A stretch of DNA of 64,000 nucleotides from Desulfatiglandales bacterium (GCA_963667015.2 CAXXJJ010000003.1:1-64000); one strand, 5' to 3'; positions 10,166-19,874 are shown, counted from the first letter of the stretch. The notes: a model not told the origin generated them from the sequence alone. Program-made: numbers and translations.

Positions 10166-11126
10166 AAGTTTTCTTGCTCCGCAACTAAATGATTATCTTA
10201 CTTATCGTCAAGGCCTGGGATACAGCATAAAATTATCCCAGGCTAATCTTCTGGTCCTTGATCGATATTTAAAAGAGACAAACGCTGACTGGCATTCTCT
10301 TCAATCTTTTTACTTTCTTGAGATGAGATCCAGCCTGGAGTTAGAGCCACGTGGTGTCAACAGGGTGATCTCCTCAGTGAGGGTCTTTTTTAATTACCTC
10401 TTACGACAGGAGCTCCTGGTTGAAAACCCCCTTCGGGACATTCCCTCTCTCAGGGAAAACAGCATCATTCCTTTTGTTTTCTCCTGTGAACAAACCGATC
10501 AATTACTAAATGCCGCATGTAACAGATTAAGAAAAAAGAATCAGTATTTTCTGACTGACCTTGCGGAGTACCTTGTTATTCTTTTATTGGCACGATGCGG
10601 TATGAGGATATCAGAACCACTGAAACTTATGAGACATCATTACAACAGGGATGACGCTACCCTGTATATTAAAAAGACCAAGTTTAAGAAACAGAGGTTG
10701 ATCCCCATACCAGGGGACGTAAAATCGGAGATAGAAAACTATCTTGCTGTGCGCAGGCATGCATGCCCCAATGATGAGAATCCATATCTACTGGCAGGGA
10801 AAGGCCTCAAAGCCATAAGAGACTATCGTATACGCAATTTATTCCATAAAGCCGTAGAAGATATCGGGCTTGACCAGCCAAGAAAAATCATAGGGAATGT
10901 GAACTTCAGTCAGCCCACACCTCATAGCCTCAGACACAGTTTCGCAGTAAATACCCTGCTGAACGTTAAAAAACGAGGACAATCTCCGCAGAATGCCCTT
11001 CCGGTGCTTGCTGCTTATATGGGCCATGCGGAATACAAATACACCAGTGTTTATCTCAGGGTCATGGATGCGATCAGCCGTAAAAATCTGGTGGATTTTT
11101 CTTTATGGCAGAAGAGGAAGGAATGA
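10152..11126 (+). CDS. Tyrosine recombinase, RitB-like
   Basis: GMRISE, HSLRHSFA, LPVLAAYMGH...TSVY. Confidence 0.92.
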   Translation: MKNFESFLAPQLNDYLTYRQGLGYSIKLSQANLLVLDRYLKETNADWHSLQSFYFLEMRSSLELEPRGVNRVISSVRVFFNYLLRQELLVENPLRDIPSLRENSIIPFVFSCEQTDQLLNAACNRLRKKNQYFLTDLAEYLVILLLARCGMRISEPLKLMRHHYNRDDATLYIKKTKFKKQRLIPIPGDVKSEIENYLAVRRHACPNDENPYLLAGKGLKAIRDYRIRNLFHKAVEDIGLDQPRKIIGNVNFSQPTPHSLRHSFAVNTLLNVKKRGQSPQNALPVLAAYMGHAEYKYTSVYLRVMDAISRKNLVDFSLWQKRKE

Positions 11127-12142
11127 AGATATCTACTGCTGTCCATAAGTTCTTTGAACAATACCTTCCCCACATCAAGGGAGTAAGTCATAATACTGTC
11201 AAATCCTACCGTGATACCTTCAGGCTTTTTCTGCCTTTTATTGCAAAATATTATGACAACAAAATAAGCTCTCTCAAGGTGGAGCATATCTCATCAGAGG
11301 TGATTATTGCATTCCTGAACGAACTGCAGATTGAGCGTAATAATCTTGCAAAGACCCGGAATCAAAGACTGGCTGCCATTAAGTCCTTTGCTAAAATGAT
11401 CCGGTTTATGTGTCCCGAATACAGGGAACTGGCAGACAGGATACTTAATATTCCCCAGAAGCGCACTCAGAAAACGCTGGTAGGATTTCTCTATCAGGAT
11501 GAGATTCTAAAGGTCTTTCAATGTGTAGACATCAAAAAAAGGGACGGCTTCCGCGATTATACCCTGCTTCATCTTCTCTATGACTCAGGGGCCAGGGCCA
11601 GTGAGATCACAGCCCTTAATATCGATTACTTCGATCCTGACCATAATACACTTGCCATCCTGGGAAAGGGGAATCGCTTCCGCATCATACCACTTGAAAA
11701 AAGAACTTCTCAGCTCTTGCAGCTTTATATCAAAAAATATCGTGTAGAGCCGAAAGCGCAATACAAACACCGTATCTTTATCAATCAAAGAAGAGAAGAG
11801 CTTACAAGGCATGGTATTTATCGTCTCTGTAAAAAATACCTTTCTATAGCCATCCCGGCAAAACGACTAAAGTACATCAACCCTGCACACAGTTTCCGGC
11901 ATTCAAGAGCAGTGGACCTCCTTTACCGCGGTGAATCTATCACGGATATTAAAAACCGTTTAGGACATGACAATATCCAGTCAACAACTATTTATCTCCA
12001 TCTTGATCTCAAGCACAAACGCGATATACAAAAGCTCTTTATCAGATATATGAAATCGGTAATCATATCCGATTCAAAAATACAAGACCTACTTCAATGG
12101 GAGAGTGACAAAGATATGATGGCATGGCTTGATAGTTTATAG
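11123..12142 (+). CDS. Tyrosine recombinase, RitC-like
   Basis: SHNTVKSYRD, TRNQRLAAIKSF, GARASE, HSFRHS, LGHDNIQSTTIY; ATGA overlap with the previous stop. Confidence 0.92.
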   Translation: MKISTAVHKFFEQYLPHIKGVSHNTVKSYRDTFRLFLPFIAKYYDNKISSLKVEHISSEVIIAFLNELQIERNNLAKTRNQRLAAIKSFAKMIRFMCPEYRELADRILNIPQKRTQKTLVGFLYQDEILKVFQCVDIKKRDGFRDYTLLHLLYDSGARASEITALNIDYFDPDHNTLAILGKGNRFRIIPLEKRTSQLLQLYIKKYRVEPKAQYKHRIFINQRREELTRHGIYRLCKKYLSIAIPAKRLKYINPAHSFRHSRAVDLLYRGESITDIKNRLGHDNIQSTTIYLHLDLKHKRDIQKLFIRYMKSVIISDSKIQDLLQWESDKDMMAWLDSL

Positions 12143-12329
12143 ACCGGGAGAACATCCTGCCGGTTAAAGGAATAAGTATAATAGGCGGAATATTATTATG
12201 TTATCAGTTCTATCTCTGTCATCATCAAAAAGCAGGATAACTCATTGCTTTTTATGGTTATTTGAAATATCCGAAGACTTGTTCTGATAACTTCCTTTTT
12301 TCAATGGGTTAAGTGAACTCGCAACATAA

Positions 12330-12464
12330 GGCAAGATAAAATAGCTTCTGTGCTTTTTCAGAATATTGGGCATCGCCATTGAAAATCTGAACCACGAAAA
12401 ATCCTGTTATCACGAGGGCACAGATCCAAAGGACCAGTTTGATTTTATGCGGGATATTTAACAT
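12330..12464 (-). pseudogene. 5' end of the interrupted MCP gene
   Basis: GAGGAG RBS; MLNIPHKIKLVLWICALVITGFFVVQIFNGDAQYSEKAQKLFYLA continues as [11 protein letters not shown] at 7905 once the RIT element is removed. Confidence 0.85.
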
Positions 12465-12983
12465 GTTCATCTCCTCATAATTGTTACGAAATTATGATAA
12501 CACTCCGGAAATACTTAGATTATATACGATTTGGATATAAAAAGCAAAAGTTACCTGCTATAGGCTGTATTGGAATTATATTGTTTAATAAATGAGTAAT
12601 ACCAAGCCGATCACTTAATTTATTCGCTTCATCAGAATTATTAATGGTATAGGTATCTGAAATTTGCCCTGGCTTAGGTTCTTTTGGTTGGTTTGATGCT
12701 TTTTGAAAAAAATGATTCGTATAAACATTTTATGATGAGTGGACACTTGAAAGACTCATAGGAAACTCTCCTCATATTCAATTATCAGTTATCCCTCTCT
12801 TGATATATGGTTATGCAAATAAGGTAGCATGGTAAAAAAGAGTATAATAACAGTCAATTAATGAAATGCAGAGCTCGATAATAATGTAAGGAAAGGAAAA
12901 AATTTCCGGATAAAAGGAAAATTAAGGACTATTACTATATGCTTAGATTAATGAAACAGAATTAAAATGTAATTACTTAGATC

Positions 12984-13038
12984 TTTCCAGCTACCAAATA
13001 GCTACCTTACAAAACTTAATGCATGTTAAGTATCTGAT
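12984..13038 (+). repeat. 55-bp direct repeat, copy 2
   Basis: 53/55 identical to 5507-5561. Confidence 0.9.
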
Positions 13039-13060
13039 TTTAAAAATCTTATGTATGGCG

Positions 13061-16000
13061 CTATCCCTGAAACCCACCCAACGCATCACGTACCTTGTCA
13101 CCAAGTTCTTTCAGGGAAAAAGGTTTTTGTATATAATTTACACCTTTATCCAAAATCCCCTGGTGTGCAATAATATTAGCTGTATATCCAGACATATACA
13201 ATTGCTTAATATCAGGATGGATGGATAGAACGACTTGGGTAAGGTCTCGCCCATTCATTTCAGGCATTACCAAATCAGTAAGCAGCAGATCTATTTCTCT
13301 ACCGTGATTCCGGGCACACTTTATGGCTTCCCCCGGTGTTCCGGCAGTCAATACTTTGTAACCAAGGTCTTTAAGCATTCTCTCAATCACTTCAAGAATG
13401 GCTCGTTCATCCTCTACAACCAGGATCGTTTCTTGACCTCCAACAACAGGCTGATCTTTTCTCGTATCCAGTAAGTCGATATCTTTTAGCCGGTACCGTG
13501 GGAGATAGATTTTAAATGTTGTGCCATGATTTAACTCGCTATAAACGTAAATAAATCCATTATTTTGTTTTACAATTCCGTAGACAGTTGCCAATCCCAA
13601 TCCGGTTCCCTTTCCGGATTCTTTTGTTGTAAAAAATGGATCAAAAATATTATTCATAGTCTCAGTGTCCATTCCACAGCCGTTGTCACTTACTATTAAA
13701 AACACATATTCTCCCGGTATAAATCCAGCATGATCCTTACAGTAGGACTCGTCAAACTCAACATTTCCGGTTTCTATCGTAATTTTACCCACATCCACAA
13801 GCGCATCCCGGGCATTGACACAAAGGTTGGCCAGAATCTGATCAATCTGTGCGGGATCTATCATCACAGGCCATACAGTCTCATTCGGAAGCCATAAAAG
13901 ATCTATATCTTCTCCAATTAGACGCTGCAAAATCTTGTGCATGTTTGATATTGTTTTGTTTATGTCTGTTAATTTGGGTGATATTGTCTGTTTTCGTGCA
14001 AAGGCCAGCAGCTGGCGAGTAATTTCAGCAGAACGTTCAGCTGCTTTCATAATTTCCTGTAAAGAGTCCTTCAGTTTGTTAGTAATTCCGGGTTGCCACA
14101 ATGACATTTCGCAGTTTCCGAGAATTACACTAAGCATGTTGTTGAAATCATGTGCAACTCCGCCGGCTAGGCGACCAATGGATTCCATTTTTTGGGCTTG
14201 TCGCAGTTGAGATTCAAGAGAATGTCGCTCGGTGATATCCATTATGTAACCAATGACACGATTATCTCCATTTTGATTTTTCACGCGTTTTGCACTTGTT
14301 TGTATCCAAATTTTTCGATCTTTTTTTTGTAGTAAATGGAAATTCAAAAGTATAAGGGACGCCTTCTTCTGCACATTTACTAAGAGCATTCCAAATTACC
14401 CGCCTATCTTCATCGCTAAAACAGGATAAACTATTTTCCATGGTTGAATCTATATCATGATCTTCCTTATCAGGTTCCATGTCGTGTATTCGGTATACTT
14501 CCTCTGTCCAGAAAACTTTCTTGCTGGCAATATCCCACTCCCAAGCGCCAATTTTTCCTAAACGCTGAATGGAATTAGAAAGCTCTTCGCTTTGTTTTAG
14601 TTTAGTTTCAGCAAGTATACGTTCCGAAATGTCTATGATAAAACCTTCCAGAGCTTTAACATTTCCGTTCTCATCAAAAATACCCTGGCCTTGCTCCCAT
14701 ACCCACTTCTCAAGCCCATTGGCGTCTGTTATGCGGTATACAAACTTAAATGGTACTTTATTTTTAAGTGCATCTTGCACATCATTCCAGACAGATAGTC
14801 GATCTTCCGGATTTATTAGGTCGGCATAGGGGATTCCCGAGCTGCTTACAAGCTCATCAGCACTATATCCGGTAAGAGGCATGCACCCATCACTGACAAA
14901 CTCCATTGTCCAGTTGTTATCATTTTTACACCGGTATGCCATCCCCGGCAGATTGCTCATGAGGGTGAATAACTTACGCTGGCTCTCAAAAAGAGCATCC
15001 TCGACCATTTTACGTTTTGTAATATCTCGGGCGACTCCCAACACTCCGATCAGTTGCCCTTTATTATCACGCATAGGTGTTTTTATGGTCTCCAGCAACA
15101 CTCGTTTTCCATCATCGGCAAAAGTCACCCACTCTTCATTGATGGAAGGTTTTCCGGCAGTAACAGCTTTACGATCATATTCGCGAAAGAAATCTGCCAT
15201 ATCTTTATCCATAAGATCATAATCGGTCTTGCCTACTATATCTTCTTCTTTATTTCCGATAAAACGCTCAAACGCCTCATTGCATGCCAAAAATACACCT
15301 TTTGTATCCTTCAACCATATCAGATCGGGGATAGTCTGAAGTAATGAGCGTAAAAAGCCTTCACTCTCCTTTAAAGAATTTTCCATTTTTATACGATCAG
15401 TAATGTCTGTTACAAAGGCACAGTTGTATTCTTTATCGCCAAAAGCTACATAGTTTGCCCTGATTTCCACAGGATATACATGACCATCTTTCCTACGATG
15501 AAAAGATTCAAAAGTGACTGATCCTTTTTTCTTTAAATTGGGCCAGTGTTCGGAATACTTTTCAAAAGATGAAGTTGGATCGATATCTGATATTGACAAA
15601 TTTAGAAGTTCTTCTTGTGTATAACCTAGTGCTTTGCACGCAGCGTCGTTGACATAAAAGAGATGGGCATCCTTTGTTGTCCAGAATGCCTGATCAATGG
15701 TTTTATCAATTGTGTACTGAGTAAACCTTAATGCTTCTTCTGTCTTTATTCTAGCATCGATATCACGCACAATCGCGATTACACATTCATGATCTTTAAA
15801 GGTGACTATTTTCAAATTCACCTCAACCCAGAACAGCTTGCCATTTTTCTTTTTGGCTCTCCATTCAAAAAGGTGTTGTTCACCCATTGCTGCTTTCTTA
15901 ATATTCTTTTCAATTTCAGATTTGCTATAGGGAGCTACCCCCAGGCTAAGAGATTCAATATCTAATTTTATTATTTCTTTTTTAGTGTATCCGTACATAT

Positions 16001-16211
16001 CTGCTACTCGCTGGTTCACATCGAGTATACGACCATCTTGAGCATCATGAATAAAAATACCATCGTTAACCGCTTCAAATATATCTCGATAGCTGAAATT
16101 TCTTGTGTCAAGCATATCCAACTTTTGTCTGTACTCTGACTCAGCCTTTTCCAACTCTTGAATCCGGTCTCCTAATTCTTTATATGTTGGTTTTTGAGAC
16201 ATGTTTTTCAC
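13061..16211 (-). pseudogene. Multi-PAS hybrid histidine kinase-receiver, frameshifted
   Basis: ORF 14262-16211 has about five PAS domains; ORF 13061-14389 has AGGVAHDFNN, N box, DPFFTTK..GTGLGL and a receiver; the frames switch at an A8 run (14321-14328). Confidence 0.88.
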
Positions 16212-16239
16212 CTTTACATTTTAAACAATTCTTGTTCAG

Positions 16240-16510
16240 TTGCATATGAACATATGGACATGAGCAGTAGCAACTTTTCCAGATATTATATCCAATTAAT
16301 GTTCGAATGCTATTTGATGAAGGTCATCACAGACTCTAATTGACACTTTTCCTATCAGTACTCGCTTTCGATATTTCGGTATCAAGATTAAATGGACCTT
16401 AAGATCTGCCTTGGTATGTGCCCTATCTTGTAATATCGTCTGGCTAAAAATATATACTTTTCTTCGCCTAAAGGCGAGAGGTTTTAACCATCCCTGAAAG
16501 GAACACCAAG
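16240..16510 (-). mobile_element. tnpA: IS200/IS605 Y1 transposase remnant with end hairpin
   Basis: HTKADLKVHLILIPKYRKRVL, internal stop, then ...AHVHMF (HUH); hairpin TCGCCTAAAGGCGA at 16464-16477. Confidence 0.75.
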
Positions 16511-17289
16511 TGTAACGACATATAAGTATTACCACCTAACCTCTTTGTTGTATGTTGGGTGAAGAAAAGGAAATTACGAAAGATCTTAAGCATAAAATGC
16601 TTTTTGCCCTTCAATTTTTACATTACACTAATCAATATCTAATGCCTTTATAACTTAAGGATTCAATAATTTAATAACGCTTTATAGCGTTCATATAGTT
16701 GATTTTCATCCGATAGAAAGGTCGAGTCCTCCCAATTTTCCTCGACCTTTCTTTTTTATGCCCAACCTTCTTTTTAAAAGCTCCAATTTAATACACCTTA
16801 ATTTTACCTCATGACATAGGATCGTTTATTGTAAGACGGCTTTATAGATCTGAGAGGTATTGATCAGCAGAAACTGAGAATGTTATAACTTGTACATTGG
16901 GATGTAGCTTGGTCTGTGAATAAATCATAAGAGGTCTGTAGAACTACGAGCCCATTGTTTCTTTATAACTCTATCACATAAGGTAATCTTGACAATATTC
17001 ATTTTATATTTTTATTTACTCCATTCTACTGATGATATAAAACCTGAATTTTGCACGAAATCGATCTGAAATGAATATAGGGTTCTATGAACCTCGTTAT
17101 TACTGAGTTTTGAAAGGCTTAATATTTTCCATACTTTAACCAAGTAGGTAATGGATTACAATTTTACAATTCTAAAAAGCTAGCCTGATAAGGCTTTTCA
17201 ATGCCACCCGGAAAGCCAGTAAAATAGGGTCTCTTAAAACACAGTGTTTTTATGGTACGTTTAACCATTTGATAATTCGTTGAAATTTA

Positions 17290-17315
17290 CCCGTGCAAAA
17301 AATTTCTTGCACGGG
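17290..17315. promoter_or_regulatory. Palindromic operator-like site
   Basis: CCCGTGCAA-N8-TTGCACGGG upstream of ORF 17402. Confidence 0.4.
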
Positions 17316-17401
17316 ATTTTATAAAAGTGGTGCAAAATTCAGGTAAAAGCCTCAAGTAAAATTAACTTTTTCATGCAATTTTATCTCGGGAGGGTAAAAT
17401 A

Positions 17402-17863
17402 ATGGAGAAAAAAGAATCAACAATGAGGTTGATACTCAAGTTTCTGCTTGATAACACTATGGTGGAATTCACATCAAATGAGATCGCAGAAAGTATCAAA
17501 CGTACAGGGATCAGTTACCACACTTCAAGGCTGAAGGCATTCATAACAAGCAACGAAAATGCCTCAGATATATTGCAGGTCAGGGTAGCGAAAAAGAGAG
17601 AGTCTGTCTTCATGTGTAAAGCTAAATCAATTGATAACCCTGATGAATGGGCAACAAAACTTTATCAGGACTATTTAGCCTGGGAAAGAGGCATAGTTGG
17701 GGGGAAAGGAAAAGCAGCTAAACTAAAGGTGCTCCCTCCCAAAAAAGAAGGTAAAAAAGAAGTCTCCGTACCGGTCAGCATTGTTTATAACAGTGTAAAT
17801 CCAGTAGAAATACCAATCAATTTAAAAATAAAAATTGCAATTGAAATAGTCAATAAATCTTAA
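17402..17863 (+). CDS. Hypothetical basic protein, possible N-terminal winged helix
   Basis: GGAGGG RBS; LILKFL...EFTSNEIAESI pattern; followed by a terminator. Confidence 0.65.
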   Translation: MEKKESTMRLILKFLLDNTMVEFTSNEIAESIKRTGISYHTSRLKAFITSNENASDILQVRVAKKRESVFMCKAKSIDNPDEWATKLYQDYLAWERGIVGGKGKAAKLKVLPPKKEGKKEVSVPVSIVYNSVNPVEIPINLKIKIAIEIVNKS

Positions 17864-17904
17864 GAGATAAATGTAAATAATCGTTTGTTCTGACACGTGA
17901 TGGA

Positions 17905-17937
17905 AAAAAGACAGGATGAGCTTTATCCTGTCTTTTT
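17905..17937 (+). terminator. Intrinsic terminator (possibly bidirectional)
   Basis: AAAAAGACAGGAT-N7-ATCCTGTCTTTTT. Confidence 0.75.
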
Positions 17938-18228
17938 GATCTAGACAAAACTCCTCTATTGATTTTGTTTAATGGAAAGGCGTAAATCCTTTAATGTGAT
18001 GACTTCTAGGCGAAGTTTATTTTCTTTGAACTAAGGTTGATGTTATGATTAATAGCAGTAATCTAAACTTCTGACTGTTACGACAGCCTCAACGAATAAC
18101 TAACGAGCAAGCGGTACCTACCTGTAAAGGTTATTAAAAGAATGAATGTCGCGAACCTATAAAGATTGATTCGGAGATATAGTAGCTTGTCACGTTGAGT
18201 ACTATGATAATGACTTGTGGTGGAATTA

Positions 18229-18257
18229 ATGGGGAAAAGAATAAATCTTTTCCCCAT
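18229..18257 (-). terminator. Hairpin after the 36-aa ORF
   Basis: ATGGGGAAAAGA-ATAAA-TCTTTTCCCCAT, 12-bp perfect stem. Confidence 0.6.
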
Positions 18258-18263
18258 CCTTAA

Positions 18264-18374
18264 TTAGACCCAGATTGCCCAAGCTTTACGACCATAATCA
18301 CGTGCATATAAACGCTTGCCATTGACTGTGATCCAAGCCCGGAAAATCAAACGCTTTCCAGTCTTTTTAGCCAT
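18264..18374 (-). CDS. 36-aa basic/aromatic small protein (not in the ORF track)
   Basis: MAKKTGKRLIFRAWITVNGKRLYARDYGRKAWAIWV; GAAAGGAAG RBS; hairpin immediately after the stop. Confidence 0.7.
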   Translation of the reverse strand: MAKKTGKRLIFRAWITVNGKRLYARDYGRKAWAIWV

Positions 18375-18402
18375 GAAAGGCTTCCTTTCTCAGAAGGCGC
18401 AC

Positions 18403-18430
18403 TTGACACGGCACAAATATAGTATATAAT
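18403..18430 (+). promoter_or_regulatory. Consensus sigma70 promoter pointing antisense into the tRNA gene
   Basis: TTGACA-16 bp-TATAAT; no + strand ORF follows. Confidence 0.6.
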
Positions 18431-18483
18431 ATTTGAGTTACATAGCCATGTTACCCCGAGCCTTCTAAACTATGGGGTAAGGT

Positions 18484-18578
18484 TGGCGGAGAGTGAGGGA
18501 TTCAAACCCCCGGTGGGTGGTACCAGCACCCACAACCGTTTATAAGACGGTCGGCTTCGATCGCTCGCCCAACTCTCC
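18484..18578 (-). tRNA. Class II (serine-type body) tRNA with UAU anticodon
   Basis: GGAGAGT-TG-GGC-GAGCGATCGAA-GCC-G-ACCGT-CTTATAA-ACGGT-T-GTGGGTG-CTGGTAC-CACCCAC-C-GGGGG-TTTGAAT-CCCTC-ACTCTCC-G-CCA; all stems pair and CCA is encoded. Confidence 0.92.
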
Positions 18579-18582
18579 TAAG

Positions 18583-19095
18583 TTAATCATTTGAAAGCGG
18601 ATCTGATACTATTTCAGATCCGCTTTCGTTTTGGTCCCCACGGAACCTAACCATTTCCACATCACTTCCCTTTCTAGTCTCATCCTTATAGCTATACAAA
18701 TATCCTTTTGGAGTTTCTATATATCTTAGCTCTCCATGGGTTCTCATATTTAATAACATAGTTCTTGCAGTATTTTTGAAATTTTTAGATTCACTTTGAA
18801 AACCCTCATTTAAAAGACCTGTAAAAATATCTTTAGGTGCCCAGGTTTTCTCTGGGTCACTTTTTAAAAGGAGTTTAACCGCCTTCTTAAATGGCATATT
18901 AGTAAATCTGCCGGATTCTTTAGGTATAGTTATAAGTGATTTTTGCGATTTGTTGGTTGTTTCTTGTTGTGTTTGGAGTAAATCCAAAACGTTGTTGATT
19001 GAGGTTAGATTTTCATCTATTTCACTTAATCTATCAACAATCTTTTTTCTCTCCAGTTGGAGCCTATCTTTTAATTCTAGTAGTTGTTCAGTCAT
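18583..19095 (-). CDS. Coiled-coil plus putative winged-helix protein
   Basis: N-terminal heptads (LLELKDRLQLERKKIVDRLSEIDENLTSINNVLDLL), linker, then FKKAVKLLL...APKDIFTGLLNEGF...ARTMLLNM..GEL; stop is 4 nt before the tRNA. Confidence 0.75.
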   Translation of the reverse strand: MTEQLLELKDRLQLERKKIVDRLSEIDENLTSINNVLDLLQTQQETTNKSQKSLITIPKESGRFTNMPFKKAVKLLLKSDPEKTWAPKDIFTGLLNEGFQSESKNFKNTARTMLLNMRTHGELRYIETPKGYLYSYKDETRKGSDVEMVRFRGDQNESGSEIVSDPLSND

Positions 19096-19125
19096 ATTAA
19101 CCCCCAGTTGAATTAATTTCCAGTA

Positions 19126-19154
19126 ATCATAGCAATTAATAGGGGTCAAGTCAA
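19126..19154 (-). promoter_or_regulatory. sigma70 promoter for the wHTH-tRNA unit
   Basis: TTGACT-17 bp-TATGAT with a TGn extended -10. Confidence 0.65.
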
Positions 19155-19730
19155 GGGGGTAAAGCACAATATATTACTTGTCATTGTTGGTATTAGTTAA
19201 ATATTCAATAAAAACAGAAAGATAGTGAAGTGAAAATATTTTTTAATGTGATGAGTATTATAAAAAATGTTGTTGAGGGGGTATATTGGTATTAATTTTA
19301 ACGTACTTTGAACGATTTACGTAATATAATTGGATTTTACTCCTTGATTCTAAACGCTTACTGTCTGATAGCATATAAGAACCCGTTTCAATTTAATATG
19401 AATGTTTAGATTACTTGCCATAGTCTTAAAAATGGTGAAAGTGAAGATTTGATACTCTAATCATAATATCCTTTGGGCAGACTCCCATTCACGCCCAGAA
19501 ATGGCTTTATTCTCAGGAGTATTAAGAGGCTTTTCACCAGAAAACAGATGCTTCTGTTTTTTGATATACCTGTAATAGCAAGGTATTATCTCTGTAACTG
19601 TCTTTGCTACGTTTTTTAGCTGAGTGGATGGACAGGGGAGCCAGTTTAATTCTTAATAATATCAATCATTTGAATGGCAACCAGTTCATACACCTACTAA
19701 TAAATTGTTCCTTTTGAAATCACTTCTAAT

Positions 19731-19798
19731 TAGTATCCATCCACAAACGGCTCTTTTTCACAATCTCTGTGTCAATCTGCGGAATGACTTGTGCGATG
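19731..19798. repeat. Truncated second copy of the MITE-like element
   Basis: TAGTATCCATCCACAAACGGCTCTTTTTCA...GTCAATCTGCGGAATGACTTGTGCGATG matches 1985-2060. Confidence 0.8.
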
Positions 19799-19874
19799 GC
19801 TAGAAAGATTGCTTACTGCCAGGCTATCAAAAAGGACGAAAAAAGCATGGTCACGCTTGAATTCTTCGTTATAC

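Larger units (their letters stand above)
7912..12329 (+). mobile_element. RIT (recombinase-in-trio) element with two extra upstream genes, 4418 bp
   Basis: Three overlapping tyrosine recombinases; inverted ends CTATGTTGTGAG / CTCGCAACATAA; GGCAAG direct repeat at 7906-7911 and 12330-12335. Confidence 0.9.

Noticed and set aside
8987..12142. Integron integrase serving the attC sites
   Set aside because: Trio layout, own terminal repeats and no evident IntI-specific insertion; they belong to a RIT element.
18484..18578. Ordinary tRNA-Ile, tRNA-Sec or tRNA pseudogene
   Set aside because: Long variable arm and G73 are not Ile features; 7/5 fold and UAU are not Sec; all stems intact with compensatory A19:U56 and encoded CCA.
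19465..19630. Possible integrase N-terminal remnant on the minus strand
   Set aside because: Translation gave no convincing motif.
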